Below, in pieces: positions 13,717 through 28,479 of a stretch of 64,000 bases of DNA. A program made the position numbers and the translations under genes. A model generated the notes under the pieces. It ran no database searches, had not been told where the DNA came from, and saw only the letters and a program-made list of their open reading frames with translations. Source of the DNA: Octopus sinensis (lineage: Eukaryota); assembly GCF_006345805.1 (NCBI RefSeq), contig NC_043005.1, forward strand, positions 56,234,001-56,298,000, in the 5' to 3' direction. Position 1 is the stretch's first letter. The number at the start of each line of letters is the position of its first letter.

Positions 13717-13747
<31 letters not shown>

Positions 13748-14099
13748 ATCTATGATTCAAACAACTCATGCTCCCCATTTAATTATCAAAAATGCTACGC
13801 ATTATGTTCATAGAATCCCAAATATTTTAACTGACATACACACATCAAGAAGCATATGAATTTCAGATGCCATGCACGCATTCACACACACTCACACACA
13901 CTTTTTCTCTCTCTCTCTCACATCCCTTAAATACCTACTCCCAACGAAATCACCAAACCAAAATCACTCAACAATGAAACCTCATTTACTATAAAACTAT
14001 CCTTAATTATTGTTATACTCGGAGATGGCCATTATTTTATTTTGTCAATTAAACACAGTTGCTATTTATTTGAGCTTTACTTTAGTTTTTATTTGTATT

Positions 14100-14830
14100 A
14101 TGTTTAGTATATATGCCTCTCAGTATTCTTTCATCAAACATTCTGTGACCTCATCAGTGACTTTCTGTCCCATGTGTCTCCTGTTGTCCTATTTATTCCA
14201 TTTTGTCCTTCTGTGGTATGTATCTCTATCTGTGCATGTGTTTTTGTCTGTTTGTGTGTCTGTGTGTGTGTGTCTGTATGTATGCTTAGTATGCGAGTCC
14301 TATGTGCATGTATTTGGGTTTGTATATTACACTGTTTGTACCCATGTCTTTTTTCTATTTATTTATTTATCTTTCGTTTTTCTTTCTCATTCTACCTTTA
14401 GTATGTATACATATGTCTTGTGTGTATATAAGGGTTTGTATCTTACACTGTTAGTACTCACAACATTTATTAATTTTTCTTCGTTTTATTTTAGTCATCT
14501 GGTTGCATAGTGTGGTGGAGTGGAGTGGTATTATTACTCCATTCATGATTTCTGTTGAGGCTTTGTCAATCTTCTATTATGTATGGGGCTTCTGTAATCT
14601 GAGTATCATGTCTGTTTTCTGTGTCAATAAGATCCTAACATCTATGTTGTCAACCAGTCCTCCATGTTCTAAGTAAGCACTGACAAACTTTTCTCTCCTC
14701 AAGTTCCCACCAGTGTTCACTTATCTGCTCACCTATGTACGTCATTGTCCTGTTTCTGCACCATCCTTCTGTACATCAACTACAGACTACATTCCTAATC
14801 TTATAGTTTACCTGTAGGTTTATTCTAGAC
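14100..14830 (-). mobile_element. Heavily decayed Penelope-like fragment
   Basis: Traces VNYKI..C..ETG..ISEH and LNRNH; CTGATGA-GGTCA..TGAT-GAAA remnant at ~14118-14162. Confidence 0.35.
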
Positions 14831-17800
14831 ACTATACAGTTCCTATCCATACAGGGAGCTCTTTCAAATGAGTATGTTATACAGATCAGGAATTATTTTT
14901 TTTTTGGTGGGTGTGGCAGGGGGGGGGGTCACTGGTCTTTCTACTTCTAGAATCTGTAGATTCACTTTATCTAAGGTTTTCCTAAAAAAATATGCTAGTT
15001 TGCCTCCAGGGATAACATTGGCAAACATGAGACTGATATTTTTGGCTGTCATACCATAAGCTGACCTTAATTAGTTTCACAGTTAAACTCAGATTGCAAA
15101 TAAACAGATTTTGCAATTACAATACAATAATACAGTCTTCCACAGAGTTTCTGTCTACCAAGTTTCACTCACAAGATATTGGTCAACCCAAGGCTATTGC
15201 CGGAAATACTTGTTTAATTCACTGGGCACTGAGATCAAATCAACATGTTTACAAAGCTAATTTCTAAACCAGATAAGCGATCAATAATGAAGAAGATATA
15301 TCTTTTTATCTTTTACTTGTTTCATTCATTGGACTGCAGCTATGCTGGACGGTGCACCACCTTGAAGAATTTTTAGTTGAATGAATTGATCCCAGTGCTT
15401 TTTTTTTTAACCCTGGTACTTATGCTATCAGTTTCTTTTGCTGAACTGCTAAGTTATAGGGATATATATACACACACACACACACATATATATATATGAA
15501 GGGCTTCTTTCAGTTTCCATCTACCAAATCTTCTCACAAGGCTTTAGTTGGCCTGAGGCTATAGTAGAAGACATAGTTCCAAGGTGCCACATGGTGGCTC
15601 TGGACTCAGAACCATGTGGTTGGGAAGCAAGCTCCTTACCAGAAAACCCTGCCTGTGCCTATGTAGTAAAATAAAATAAGTACCATATAAAACCAAAGCA
15701 TTATGTTGTGAGAGAAAGGAAGAGATCAACCTTTCAAATAATTTATCTTTTGTCAGAATAAACAAGTAAAGAAGAGATATAAAGTGTTCAGAGAACAAAA
15801 ATATGCATGTCTTTAAAGAACCAGCATAGCAAATTATTGCTAAATGGATATAGGTGAGGGTAAGTAGTTTCTGGAAAAACCAATAATAAAAACCTCTGAA
15901 TAGTGCTTGATAGAGAGTAGAGAAGGTGGGAGGTTAGAGCAGTGTGAGTAATATTGGTTTCAATTTTGGCAGAAGGCCAGTAATTTTGGTTGAGAGGATA
16001 AGTCAATTATGTTAACCCCAGTGCTTAACTGGTACTTGGTGTATCAACCCCGAAAGTAATGCAAGACGAAGTTGACCTCAGCTGAATTTGAATGCAGAAC
16101 ATAGAGGCAAGCACAATGATACTAAGCATCTTGCTCTGCCTTCTAATGATTCTGCCAGCTTGCCGCCTTAAAAGGTGTATTTCCTGGTAAGAATTGAAAC
16201 TTCCACTTGGCTATTATGTCCCTGCTTTCATGCCCATAAGGCCACTAAAGCAGTCTCAGTGTGAGTAATATTGATTTCAAACTTTGGCACAAGGCACAAT
16301 TTCAGGTGAGCAGGGTAAACCAATTTCATCAACCACAGTGCTCAACTGGTGCTTATTTTATCAACCCTGAAAGGGATGAAAGGTAAAATCAACCTCAGTG
16401 GAATTTGAACATTTCGTCTATAAAGATGGATGAAACACCATGAAACATTATGCCAGTTCACCACCTTCCAGTATGAGTAATATTGACATAACAACATGTA
16501 TGAGTGGTGTGTATGAGTCTGGATGGTAACAAAAAGGGAATTTTTATTTTCAATAAGGTATATGTGGTTGTGAAGTGAGTGGAAGCAGGACAGGGTTAAA
16601 ATGCATGCATGAACATGTATCAGTGTGTGTGTGGATTGGCAAAGAGGGAAATTAATCAGTTATTGCTACTTCAATAGTAGCTGTCCCTGATGGAAGATTA
16701 ACTGTTATTCCTGAAAGAGTTATAAAGCAGCAGACACATGGTCTTATGGAAGACTGCTGACATTTACATGAAGCTGGGAGTAGTTTGAAAAATTGAAATG
16801 ACAGATGAAAAGATTAAGTAATTCATTGCTATTTTGTCACAGATCCAACTTGCTAATCTCTGAACAATTTCTCTTGTATACAACAAATCACAAATTTGGC
16901 ATTTAATGCAGCAGATTACAGATTACATTTTTTTTTTCTTGCGGTGTAAGTGAAGTAGCCAGTGATGGAGAAGAACGGAACAGAACTGCACAAAGTGATA
17001 ATGTTCTGCAATGGGAGCTGGAATAAGAAAGTAATTCAAGTTGGGTGTGGCAAGAGGTGAAAGAGATGTGTATAAGATGGTCATCCAGAGTGTTGTTACA
17101 TCTGGAAGAAGGGAGAAGCTGTTCAAGAAAGATGTGGCAGACAATGGGGCTAGACTGATGGACGGGGAACTAATGCAAAATGGTACCCTGGAGTGGTTTG
17201 GTTGGGGAAAGGACAGTGAAGGGAAGGGAATATGGTTGGCGGTGAAGCATGTCAGCAAGCTGTGTGAGTGGCTAGTCAGAGGCAAAATAATCAAATTGCA
17301 ACAACTCATTTCTGCCCATTACCAACCAATTAAATTCTCTAAACCACTCCTACCTTCATTTTACTGTCTGTGATCTGCAACATCACAACCGCTGCTTCTC
17401 AATCCTTCCAGAAATGACAATCTTATGCTTGGGAAGAGCTGCAATTTGAAACATCAATAAAAGTTTAGCTTTCCTCTTCTGCCTCCCCCTACACGCTAAT
17501 GAATATCCACACGTGTAGTTCTGCACCATCTCTTTTGTATTCACCTGTCTATACCTACAAGGTGACTTGTTTGTACCAACATTTTTTTGTTGTTGTTGTT
17601 TTACACTAAAATTGTAGGTACCAATCAAGTACTCCAATTTATCTGCCTGGTACTCATTGTGAAGTATCAGTCAAATAAATTGGTAACTACACATCCTCCC
17701 CAAAATATGTAGCTTTGTAACTACTTAGGAAATCATTAGAAACAAGGTTGGGTGAGTTGTGGTTGTGGTAGCTGAACAGTAGGAAGATTTGGTACAAATT

Positions 17801-18975
17801 AAGCCAGTAACTTCACTGCTCATTCCTAGTTGGAACTGTTAGCCTTGGCAAAGACATGAACATCACAATGTTGTTTACTTGTATAAATATGAGATTTATA
17901 GTATTATATCAACAAAATCATTATAAGAATAAAGAACAATCCTTCAAACTTTGCAGCCAGTTTAGATGCAGAGGGGGGAAAAAATAACCTCATCCAATTT
18001 CATATACCAAATTATGGAACAATTAGCCTTGTGGAAAAAGTTTTACAGTTTTTCAAACCATTATTTGAGAAAGAAATAAGCCTAAAACAAAACACTGCAA
18101 TAACTTGGTTGATTCCTATAAAATCACTTTAGGTCAAGATAGAATAAACAAAAGAAAAGATATAAAGCTTTTTCTTGCATTGTACTTCCACTACTTGTTC
18201 AAGTGGCATATTAATATTTTTATATTTTTACTTGCTGAAATTTAGTAGAGGCATGAGAATTAAATTAAGCATAATAATTCATGAAGACTTGTAGTATTCA
18301 GTTAACAAAAATCAGTTTGAATTTTTTTTTAAATTAAAATTTCACAAAGTTAACAAAACAGCACATTAGAATTAAACATTAATTTTTTTTTTTATAATTT
18401 TACTATTTCCCAAAAACTTCTCCAAAATTATATCATTTATCTTCCTGTCCACTTTTTCCTTCAAAATCTACAATAATTTAAACTGAAAAATTTAAATATT
18501 AAGTAATCTCAGTTAGCTAAAATGATTTTTAGCAACTATTCAGACAAATAAAAGGAAAAGACTTGGACATTTATGTATGTGCGTGTGTGTATATATCTTT
18601 TGTCCATTACTTGTTTCATTAGATTGTGGTCATGCTGGTGCACTTCCTTGAAGAATTTTTAGTCAAATGAAATGACTTCCAGTACCTATTTTCTGTTTTT
18701 AAGCCTGATACTTATTCTGTTGATCTCTTTTTGCTGAAGTGTTAAGTTACAGGGACATAAACACACCACCACCATTTGTCAAGCAGTGGTGGAGGACAGA
18801 CACAGACACACTCACATGCACATATGACAGGTTTCTTTCAGTTTCCATCTAACAAATCCACTCACATGGCTTTGGTTGGCTCGAGACTATTGTAAAAGAT
18901 ACACAGTGGGACTGAACTCTGAGCCATGTGATTGGAGAGAAAACTTCTTACCACACAGCCATGCCTGCACCTATA

Positions 18976-20000
18976 CATCATCATCATTTAACGTCCGTTG
19001 TTCATGGGTTGGATGGTTTGACTGGGCTGGCACACTGGAAGGCTGCGCCAGGCTGCAGTCTGATTTAGTATGGTTTTCTACAGCTGGATGCTCTTCTTAA
19101 TGCCAACCACTCCTAGAATGTTATGGGCGCTTTTACATGACACCAGCATGGGTGCCATTTGTGTGACACTGGTATCTGCCATGACTGCGATTTTGCTTGG
19201 CTTGATGGTTCTTCTTCTCAAGCACAACATAATGCCAAAGGTCTTGGTCATTGCCTCCATGAAGCATTTGAAAGGAACTCAGCCACCTCGCCCCCGTGAG
19301 GCCCACTCAAAATGAACTCAGCCACCTCGCCTCTGTGATGCCTGCTCAAAAGGAACTCAGCCACCTTGCCTTCATGAGGCCCAATGCTCAAAAGAAACTC
19401 AGCCACTTTGCCTCCATCAGGCCCAATGTTCAAAGGTTGATTTTTTTTTTACAATCTACCAGCACGGGTGCACTTGGCTTGATGGGTCCTCTTAAGCAGA
19501 GCACATTACCAAAGGTCTCAGTCACTAGCCATTGCCTCTGAAATTCAAAGTTTGAAGGTCATGCTTCACCACCTCGTCCCATGTCTTCCTGGGTCTATCT
19601 CTAGTACAAGTTCCCTCCACAGTTGGAGATTGGCACTTCTTTACACAGCTGTCCTTGTGTGTATGCATCACATGACCATACCAGCACAGTCATCTCCCTT
19701 GTACACCACATCTGATTCCTCTTATGCCTAACTTTTCTCTCAAAATGCTTACACTCTGTCAAACATGCACACTGACATTGCACATCCAGCGAAGCATACT
19801 AGTTTCATTTCTCTCAACTCTACACATGTCCTCAACTGTCATAGCTTATGTTTCACAGCCATGCAGTATAGCTGTTCGCACACAGGCATCAAACAATCTG
19901 CCTTTCACTTTGAGAGAGAGGCCCTGTGTTGCTAGCAGGGGTAGGAGCTCTCTGAACTTTCCCCAGCCTAATCTTATTCTCACTGCTATGCTCCCAATGT
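18976..20000 (-). mobile_element. 5'-truncated RTE-type LINE (RT C-terminus + 3' UTR + (GAT)n tail)
   Basis: Minus strand VRTAILHGCET..SMLRWMCNVSVH..RPRKTWDEVVKH; ~33-36-bp tandem repeats at 19265-19430. Confidence 0.85.
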
Positions 20001-21022
20001 GTGTATGATAAATTTATTGTACTAAAGTACAGACAAGTAGAAAGAACACAGTACTAAAAACTTAACAGTAAATTGTAATCCTAAATGTTTTAAATTTGGT
20101 TAAATACCTGTCTCTCTATCTATACATCCATCTATCCATTCATGCACGTGTGTGTGTGTGCTGTATTTATAAGTGAATGTATATCTTTTATCTTTTACTT
20201 CTTTCAGTCATTGAAGTATGGCCATACTAGGTTTAGTCAAGCAAATCAACCCTACCACTTATTTTTCTTTTAAGTCTGGTACTTCTTCTGTTGGGTTGTT
20301 TTGTCTAACTACTGAGTTATGGGAACATAAACAAACCAACACTGGTTGCCATGTGACTTGACAAACACACACATGCACTTGAATGTTCTATTGATCAAAT
20401 CAACTGGAACACTCATCATCTTAATCAACAGAGAACCAGGCTATAGTAGTCATTTCTGATTTAAACACAAGTTCAGCAAATCTGATGGGAAGACCAGTTG
20501 ACAACATTGGCTCCAGTATTCAACTGTTATTTTATAGTAGTGATCCCCAAGGGGAGGAAAAAGGCTAAGTTGACCTTGACAGGATTTTATACCAAATGAG
20601 AATGTAAAGAGGTGGAGCAAATAGTGCAAGGTTATTTTGTCTGCTGCTGTAATAATGCTGCCAACTCACTGGATGACCATGGGATTGCACTTAGAAAGTT
20701 TCCCTCCAAAGTCCAGGCAAGGTTGTTTATGGAAGACCAACAAAATACCCATGCATACCAGCCTCCCTTCTCCATTCCACTGATGTTATCCAAATGAAAG
20801 GCAAAGGCTGATAAACTTGGCACCAGTGACATCGCAACTCATTTCTACCGCTGAGTGACCTGGAGCAATCTCAAATAAAATGTCTTGCTCAAGAATAAAA
20901 CACACAGCCTGGTCCAGGAATTGAACTCTCTACATCATGATTGTGAGCCTGACACTCTAACCACTGAGCTATATGCCATATATATATATATATATATATT
21001 TACACACACACACACACACTCA

Positions 21023-21060
<38 letters not shown>

Positions 21061-23135
21061 GGTGCAGGCATGGCTGTGTGGTAAGAAATTTGCTTCCCAA
21101 TGACATAATTCTTGCTTCAGTCCTACCATGTGGCACATTGGGCAAGTGTCTTGTGCTATAGCTCCAGGCCTTGTGAGTGGATTTGGTAGACAGAAACTGA
21201 AAGAGGCCCGTCGTACATATATAGATGTTTGTGTGTGTTGCGTGTGCATGTTTGACCCTCCCCGCCACCACCACTTGACAACTATTGTTGGTTTGTTTCA
21301 GTTCCTCTAGCTTAGTGACAGCAAAAACAGACTGACAGAATAAGTACCATGCTTAAAAGGCAGTGCCCAAGCATGGCCACAGTCTAATGAGTGAAACAAG
21401 TAAAAGATACATACATGTATGATATGTACAGTACATATATGCACACACATTCACAAACATGCATTATACATATTACACTATTGCTGTTCTTGATGGCTTT
21501 CACAGAATTATACTTACTTTCTTTTTCCCCATTTACAAAGTTTCAATTTTAACTATTTTTATTTTGTAGAATCAATTTTTCTCATCTATAATTGCACCAG
21601 AAATGTTTTGTTTATGTTTTTTCCTTTCATTTTTCGTTCTTTTTGACATCATATAGCACAATAAAATTACAAAGGCTTGGGAATGCAACCAATTAGATGG
21701 AAAATGTTTTGTCATAATGAACAGTTTCCACATCAAATGGAAACTTGCCTATTTAAAGATCTTCGAAGAATTAGCTATTTATTTATTTATATATTTTCCC
21801 CTTTTTTTTTTCATGTTTTCATTTTTAATACAGGTTTTCTGCTTTCCCACTTACCAAATATAGCTAATTATATTCAGATTGGAACCAGACAATAATTCAC
21901 TAGACCATAATAATTACACAGCTTTCAACATACACTTCCTTCTATTTCTTTGCATTAAGTCTTCTTAGCAAAAAGAAAAAAATTAAATTAAATTAAAAAC
22001 TATTCAATATGCATTTTAGATTGTATTTTTATATAATATTTTGATTGGTAGGAGGAGTGACAGTAGGTTGCTTTCAAAGGACGAATGGATTTTTAGCAAT
22101 GAAGAGTTTTATGTAACATTTACTATAACAAGGAATACAGTTCGAAAGTGTATTTCTCTCCTGGTTATTATTTTAAGGAAATATATTGAATGCATTGACG
22201 CTGACTGTTCGCTTTATAATTAGTACATCAATGAATGTATCCCTGCTGTGTTTTAAATTGTTTCAAATATAATGCATTGAATTAAAAGAGTGAAACAGAA
22301 GACCTTGTTATATAAGTAACATTTTTTTTTCAACATTAGATATATAATCTAAAGCAGTGGTTCTCAGCTTTTTGTGGTTTAATGTTCCCTTTCACTGAAT
22401 GGTGCTTTACAAATGACCCCTCTGTATGTTGTGCAGATTGAAAGGTTTTGCATATATAATAAGAAGGAAAAGAAAGGAAGAAAGAATAAGTACAATATAT
22501 ATATATTCTTTTCTACTTTAGGCACAAGGCCTGAAATTTTGGGGGAGGGGGCAGTCAATTAGTTTGACCCCAGTATGCAACTGGTACTTAATTTATTGAC
22601 CCCGAAAAGATGAAAGACAAAATCAACCTTGGCAGAATTTGAACTCGGAGCATAATGACAGACAAAATATTGCTAAGCATTTCACCCAGCGTGTTAACGT
22701 TTCTGCCAGCTTGCCTTAATGTACAGTATATATAGCCACAGTTGTGACTGTGGTTGAGAAGCTTGCTTCCCAATTATGTGATCATGGGGTCAGTCCCTTG
22801 GGCAAGTGTCTCCTACTCTAGCCTTGTGAGTGGATTTGTTAGACAGAAACTGAAAGAAGCCTATTATGTGTGTGTGTTTGTGTGTCACACAAACACTGGC
22901 ATTTTTGTATTTGTGTGTGCATGTGTATGTGCCTGTGTGTGTGCATATGTATGCATCTATATTTATACATTTGAATGTGCATGAGCCTTCTCACGTAAGA
23001 TGATTAAAGAATTAATCAATCTAAGGTAAACGTAGTTCCTTGCAAAAAATCCAGGGCTAACTGGATAGGGGACAACAGCTTAGATTTCCTTATGATGCTA
23101 TGATGCTAGGTGTCTCCATTGTTTTGTCCATCCCC

Positions 23136-23213
<78 letters not shown>

Positions 23214-24714
23214 AAATATATATACACATACTGGTGCCACGAAAAGGAATTGTGATGATGCTACATAAAATGTACTGGTGATGGTGCCATATAAAAACAC
23301 CCAATACACTCTAAAATGGTTCACATTAGAAAGGGCATGTAGCTGTAGAAACCATGCCAATCAGACTATGGAACCTGGCGCAAACCCAGGCCTCGTCAGC
23401 TCCTGTCAAGCCATCCAACTCATGCCAGCACAGAAAATGGGTGTTAAATGATGATGATTATGATCACACACACACACACACACATTCTTAATGTACTTGT
23501 TCTTTTTTCGTATTTCTTTTTAACTTCTTCCATTTATTCTTTTTACCTCCACTCACCCACTTTCAGACTTGCTCAATTTTTGTTTCTCTTTATTTCTTCA
23601 TCATATGAAGTTGTCATTTTCATAGAATATTTTATTGTTTCATGTTTAGCATCTGTTGGTGTTTGCAGTTCAAATGCCGTTGAGTTTACTAAAATATATA
23701 CCAGTGCTATGCTAAGGTTGATCTGACTTTCTATACTCTCCAACAAAATTCAACTTCATATCTAATCAAAAGAAATCAAAATAAAGTGAAGATTTTTACA
23801 TTCTACATTTATTTATTTTATTGTTTTCACCTTTATTGTCACATACTCTATTAATATTTCAGCTTATTAATTTTTGCATTTTCAATAACCAGTTGTCTGT
23901 TCAATGGTATCAAACAGGATCTTATTTCATGACATGTTGATATCAATTACAAAAGAAAAAAAGGTTATGCAAGTCGACTGCTTCAAAGCAAAGGTCATCG
24001 AGTGCTCAATAATAACTTGTGTTCGTTAATTACAATACAGCAGCCATATTCATTCTGAGATGTGATGAAAACATGTTGTTAATCAATGTATTGAATGTGG
24101 CTACCTGGTTGTTTTAATTGAATTTTTAACAGTGCTAAAGTGTAAACATTGTGAATAGTCGTATACCAAAAAAAATTAAGATTGCTACTTGTAAATTATT
24201 CACTTATTTCACTTCAAGCTGATCAAACTGAAAATAGTTAGTGCTTAAAGTTTAGATAATATTGCCTTTATTTAATAGACTTCTAGCTTATATCTCTCAT
24301 GTAAGTTGTTAGCTTAATAAATGATGGAGAATCTAATACAAAATTGATGGCTCTGGTCTGAATGTTTTACAGTTATCTCTTTTCATGTTTGATTTCTGAT
24401 TAAATCAAGTTGGAATCCACTCAAACATTCATATATAACATATCATAATTTTAATGTCTACTCTTCCATGCTTGCATTGACTTGATGAAACCTGTTATGG
24501 CAGGTTTTTTAATGGCTGGAAACTCTTCCTGTAGACAATCCTCACCTGTTTCCATACAAGATAATATTTCCTCTAAGCCTTTGAACAATGAACAGCTCAA
24601 TGGTTGGAAATGTTTTCATGAAAGACTAGGAACAAGCAACACTATCTCTATGAATGGTGACTTTGTTTACAATCAGAGTCCAAATTTCAAGAGAAGAGGA
24701 AGACCACCTACACA

Positions 24715-24766
<52 letters not shown>

Positions 24767-25132
24767 CGCACACTACCTAGGTCATAAATATGTTCTCTTT
24801 TTGTATATATATATCTATATCCTTTGGCTGCTAGATATAGGTTTTGAGGCAGAATCGCATATCCATGACTGTTGACTTGCCTTCAGTAAACCTATCCTTT
24901 TCCTTAATGACATGTAAATTTTGGAGAAAATCTTGATACTTGAGGTTATCTCCCCCTTCTCATTTAAAGTTATTTTCAATTTACATTTGGTCAGTGTGAC
25001 ACATTGTCTAGAGGCAGAAATGATTTTAATAAGTCAAGGATTTATGTTGTATGGTGTTTTATATACCTGTATTTGTCTATGTTCACATACATCCACTAGT
25101 CACTCTGGGTTATTTATTTTGGCTCATTATAT

Positions 25133-25185
<53 letters not shown>

Positions 25186-25830
25186 ATTGGCCATGCTGTA
25201 ACCCCTGTCTCTAACCACTTGTTGTCACCCTCCTCTCACATTTTCAAACCTTACCCACACATCCTTCTCAATCTCCTGTCTCCATTCTACTTTCAACTCA
25301 TCTTCATGTGCTTTGGCGTCTTGTCACCACAATCTTTATTTCCTTTCCCAACACCACTCTAATTATGCCTACCCACCCTTGCATAATATGGTGATTGACG
25401 TTGTATCTACAGCAAGACACCTGTTCTATCATACATTAACTTCTCAGACCAGGCATAAAACCACATCACTCACTACTACACTCTCATTTAGTCAAGAGGG
25501 ATTTTGACTTCTTTTAGTTTGGTCCTTATTCTAGCAATCTCATTGGCCAGTGCTACAAAATTAAGCACCCGGTACATTCCCTGAAGTTTCTGGCTTTAGG
25601 AAGAACTTCCAGTTGCAGAAACCATTTATTGTGGACATCATCTAATGTGTCCTTATCATTTTTTTTTTTTGTTTTTTGAGGGATGTTTTGCTGTTATTTC
25701 AGGAACATCAAGTGATCATGTAGAGGCTTACTCATTTGCCCTTCTTTTTTAGTCTATAAGAAACTGACTTAACTTATTACTCAAAATAATTTGCCTAATT
25801 GTTACATAATGTCTTTCTCTATATTTTTAG

Positions 25831-25862
25831 GCCAAATGCAAGAACAATCAACGCCAAGCAAA
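25831..25862 (+). CDS. SNTG1: Gamma-syntrophin micro-exon, PDZ-PH linker: GQMQEQSTPSK
   Basis: Acceptor ctttctctatatttttag, donor AAA|gtaagt; 32 nt supplies the phase 1 to phase 0 conversion needed between exons 9252 and 44939. Confidence 0.75.
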
Positions 25863-27174
25863 GTAAGTAACATCATTTACTTTCACTTATTTTACGTAAC
25901 CACTGTGAAGGTGCCTGGCCTGACCTGGTGGTTAGGGTGTTCAGTTCATGATCTTAATATCATGGGTTCAATTCTTCAACCTAGTAGTATGTTTTTGTCC
26001 TTGAGCAAGGTACATCATTTCATACTACTCCAGTCTGCTGAGCTGAAAATGACTATCATTTGAGTGCTGATATATATATGTGTGTGTGTGTGTGTGTGTC
26101 ACATTCTGGATTTTCTGTTGGATCAAATGGTGAGACAGGCAGATGGGCATCTGCTCAGACTACACAGGCACCTAAAACAAATATTAAAAAACACGGTGCA
26201 TGTTACTAAGCTTTATTCAACATGGGTGATGTGTGATCCTAATATAAATAACTTGTATTAAGTTTCTCCAAATCTTTTTTTTTTTTTTTTTGTAACTATA
26301 GTTAATTAAAGGCCTAAATATCTATGTAATTATTCATGTTGTTACCTTTCGACTAGAACATCTTTTTATTTCATTTTTGTTTTAATATTTACATCAACAA
26401 GGGTGGTGAGCTGGCAGAACGATTAGCACAGGGCGTCAAGCTGGCAGAATCGTTAGCACGCCGGGTGAAATGCTTAGCAGTATTTCGTCTGCAGTTACGT
26501 TCTGAGTTCAAATTCCACCGAGGTCCACTTTGCCTTTCATCCTTTTGGGGTTGATAAATTAAGTACCAGTTATGCACTGGGGTCGATGTAATCGACTTAA
26601 TCCCTTTGTCTGTCCTTGTTTGTCCCCTCTATGTTCAGCCCCTTGTGGGCAATAAAGAAATAAGAACCATTAGCACATAAAGCAAAATGCTTAGTGACAT
26701 TTCAGCTGTCTTTATGTTCTGACTTCACATTCCACCAAGGTCAACACCATTTTTTATTCGTTTGGTGTCAATAAAATAAGTACCAGTTGATCATTAGGGA
26801 CAATGTAATCAACTTACCTCCTATGTCATTTCTTGTAGCTCAGTGATTTCAGAGAAGGGCAAATGTAAATAAACATACAGGCATACTCAAATATGAGTTG
26901 AGCTCTGAATACACACCACAGTTATTCTGCTCCATCAATGTATTTGAGAACCGTCTACTACCAACACACCAATACTACCAATATTATCCAGCTACACCTG
27001 TGAGTGAAATGTAACTTAGAAACCTGTTATGTCACCTGATGTGGTTTCTTCTGCACTTTGGGGTGTATTTGATTTCATTATATCGTTCCCCACTCACTAG
27101 GGAGCAGTACAAAAGTATGCTGAAACAATTGTTGTGATAATATAGTTTTCAGCACACTCCGTATCAATCATTTA

Positions 27175-27229
<55 letters not shown>

Positions 27230-27387
27230 TATTGGAGTGGTTGTGTAGTAAGAAGCTTGCTTCACAACCACTTGTTCTGGGTTCAGTCCCACTGCATGAT
27301 ACCTTGGCCAAGTGTCTTCTACTATAGCCTCAGGCCAACCAAAGCCTTCTGAGTGGATTTGGTACACAGAACCTGAAAGAAGCCCAT

Positions 27388-27419
<32 letters not shown>

Positions 27420-28332
27420 TACATACATACATACATATACATGTGTGTGTGTGTGTGTCTGTCTGTATTTGTCCACCACCCCCCATCACCACTTGACAAC
27501 TGGTGTTGGTGTGTTTACATCCATGTAACTTAGTTTGACAAAAGAGGCTAATAGAATAAGTATCAGGCTTAAAGAATAAGTACTGGGGTCGATTAATTCG
27601 ACTAAAAATTCAAAGCAGTGCCCCAGCATGGCTGCAGTCTAATGACTGAAACAGGTAAAAGATATACATATATATTCATTCATTTGTATGTCCATTTGTC
27701 TATCTGTCCATTTACTTGGTTAACCTTGGTCTGTAGTAGAATATATAAGGTGCCATCCAGTAGAACAGAACATTAAACAACATAGTTGGAAACCAGACTT
27801 GAGTACACAGCTACAAAGTTGTACATATCATCATCATCATCATCATCATCATCATTATTATCATCATCTACACACACATATATGTAGCACTGTAAAATGT
27901 TTGTAACATTTGAAAAAAAAATTTTTATGGTCATTTTTGAAAATTTTCTTTAAATGTAATAAAGTCTTGGTAGTTCTTAATCTTTCATGACATTAGAGCT
28001 AATGTGGGATGCACAAAAGCAGTAACCCTTTCAATATTTCAGTCCCAAAAAAGGCAGTAAGTGGGCAGAATCATTTGCATGCCAGGCAAAATGCTTCATG
28101 GAATTTCGTCTGTCATTACATTCTAAGCTCGCATTCCACTATGGTCGACTTTGCCTTTCATCCCTTCAGGGATGATAAAATAAATACTAGTTGAGCATTG
28201 GGGTCAATATAATCAAATTACCGCCTCCCCCAAAATTGCTGGCCTTGTGCCAAAATTTGAAACCAATATTTCAGTCTCAAATGTGTATTTTATACTCTGT
28301 TTGATACCAACTATGATGATAATCTATCCTAC

Positions 28333-28479
28333 CAGTCATGGGCAACCTTCAGTTTGCAAGACTTTCTGAATGGCACACCTAATGAAAAATTTCCTTGAAT
28401 TTTTTTCAGTAGTATGGCCTGCCTGATGACAAGCCATGTCTCATACAGCACACTTCTCAATAAAGGTTGCCCATGCCTG
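28333..28479. mobile_element. Short hAT (Charlie-like) MITE
   Basis: CAGTCATGGGCAACCTT ... AAGGTTGCCCATGCCTG TIRs; TSD only partly preserved. Confidence 0.7.

Noticed and set aside
16923-17373. Overlapping 110-128 aa ORFs
   Set aside because: No recognisable domain or splice support; probably old repeat debris.
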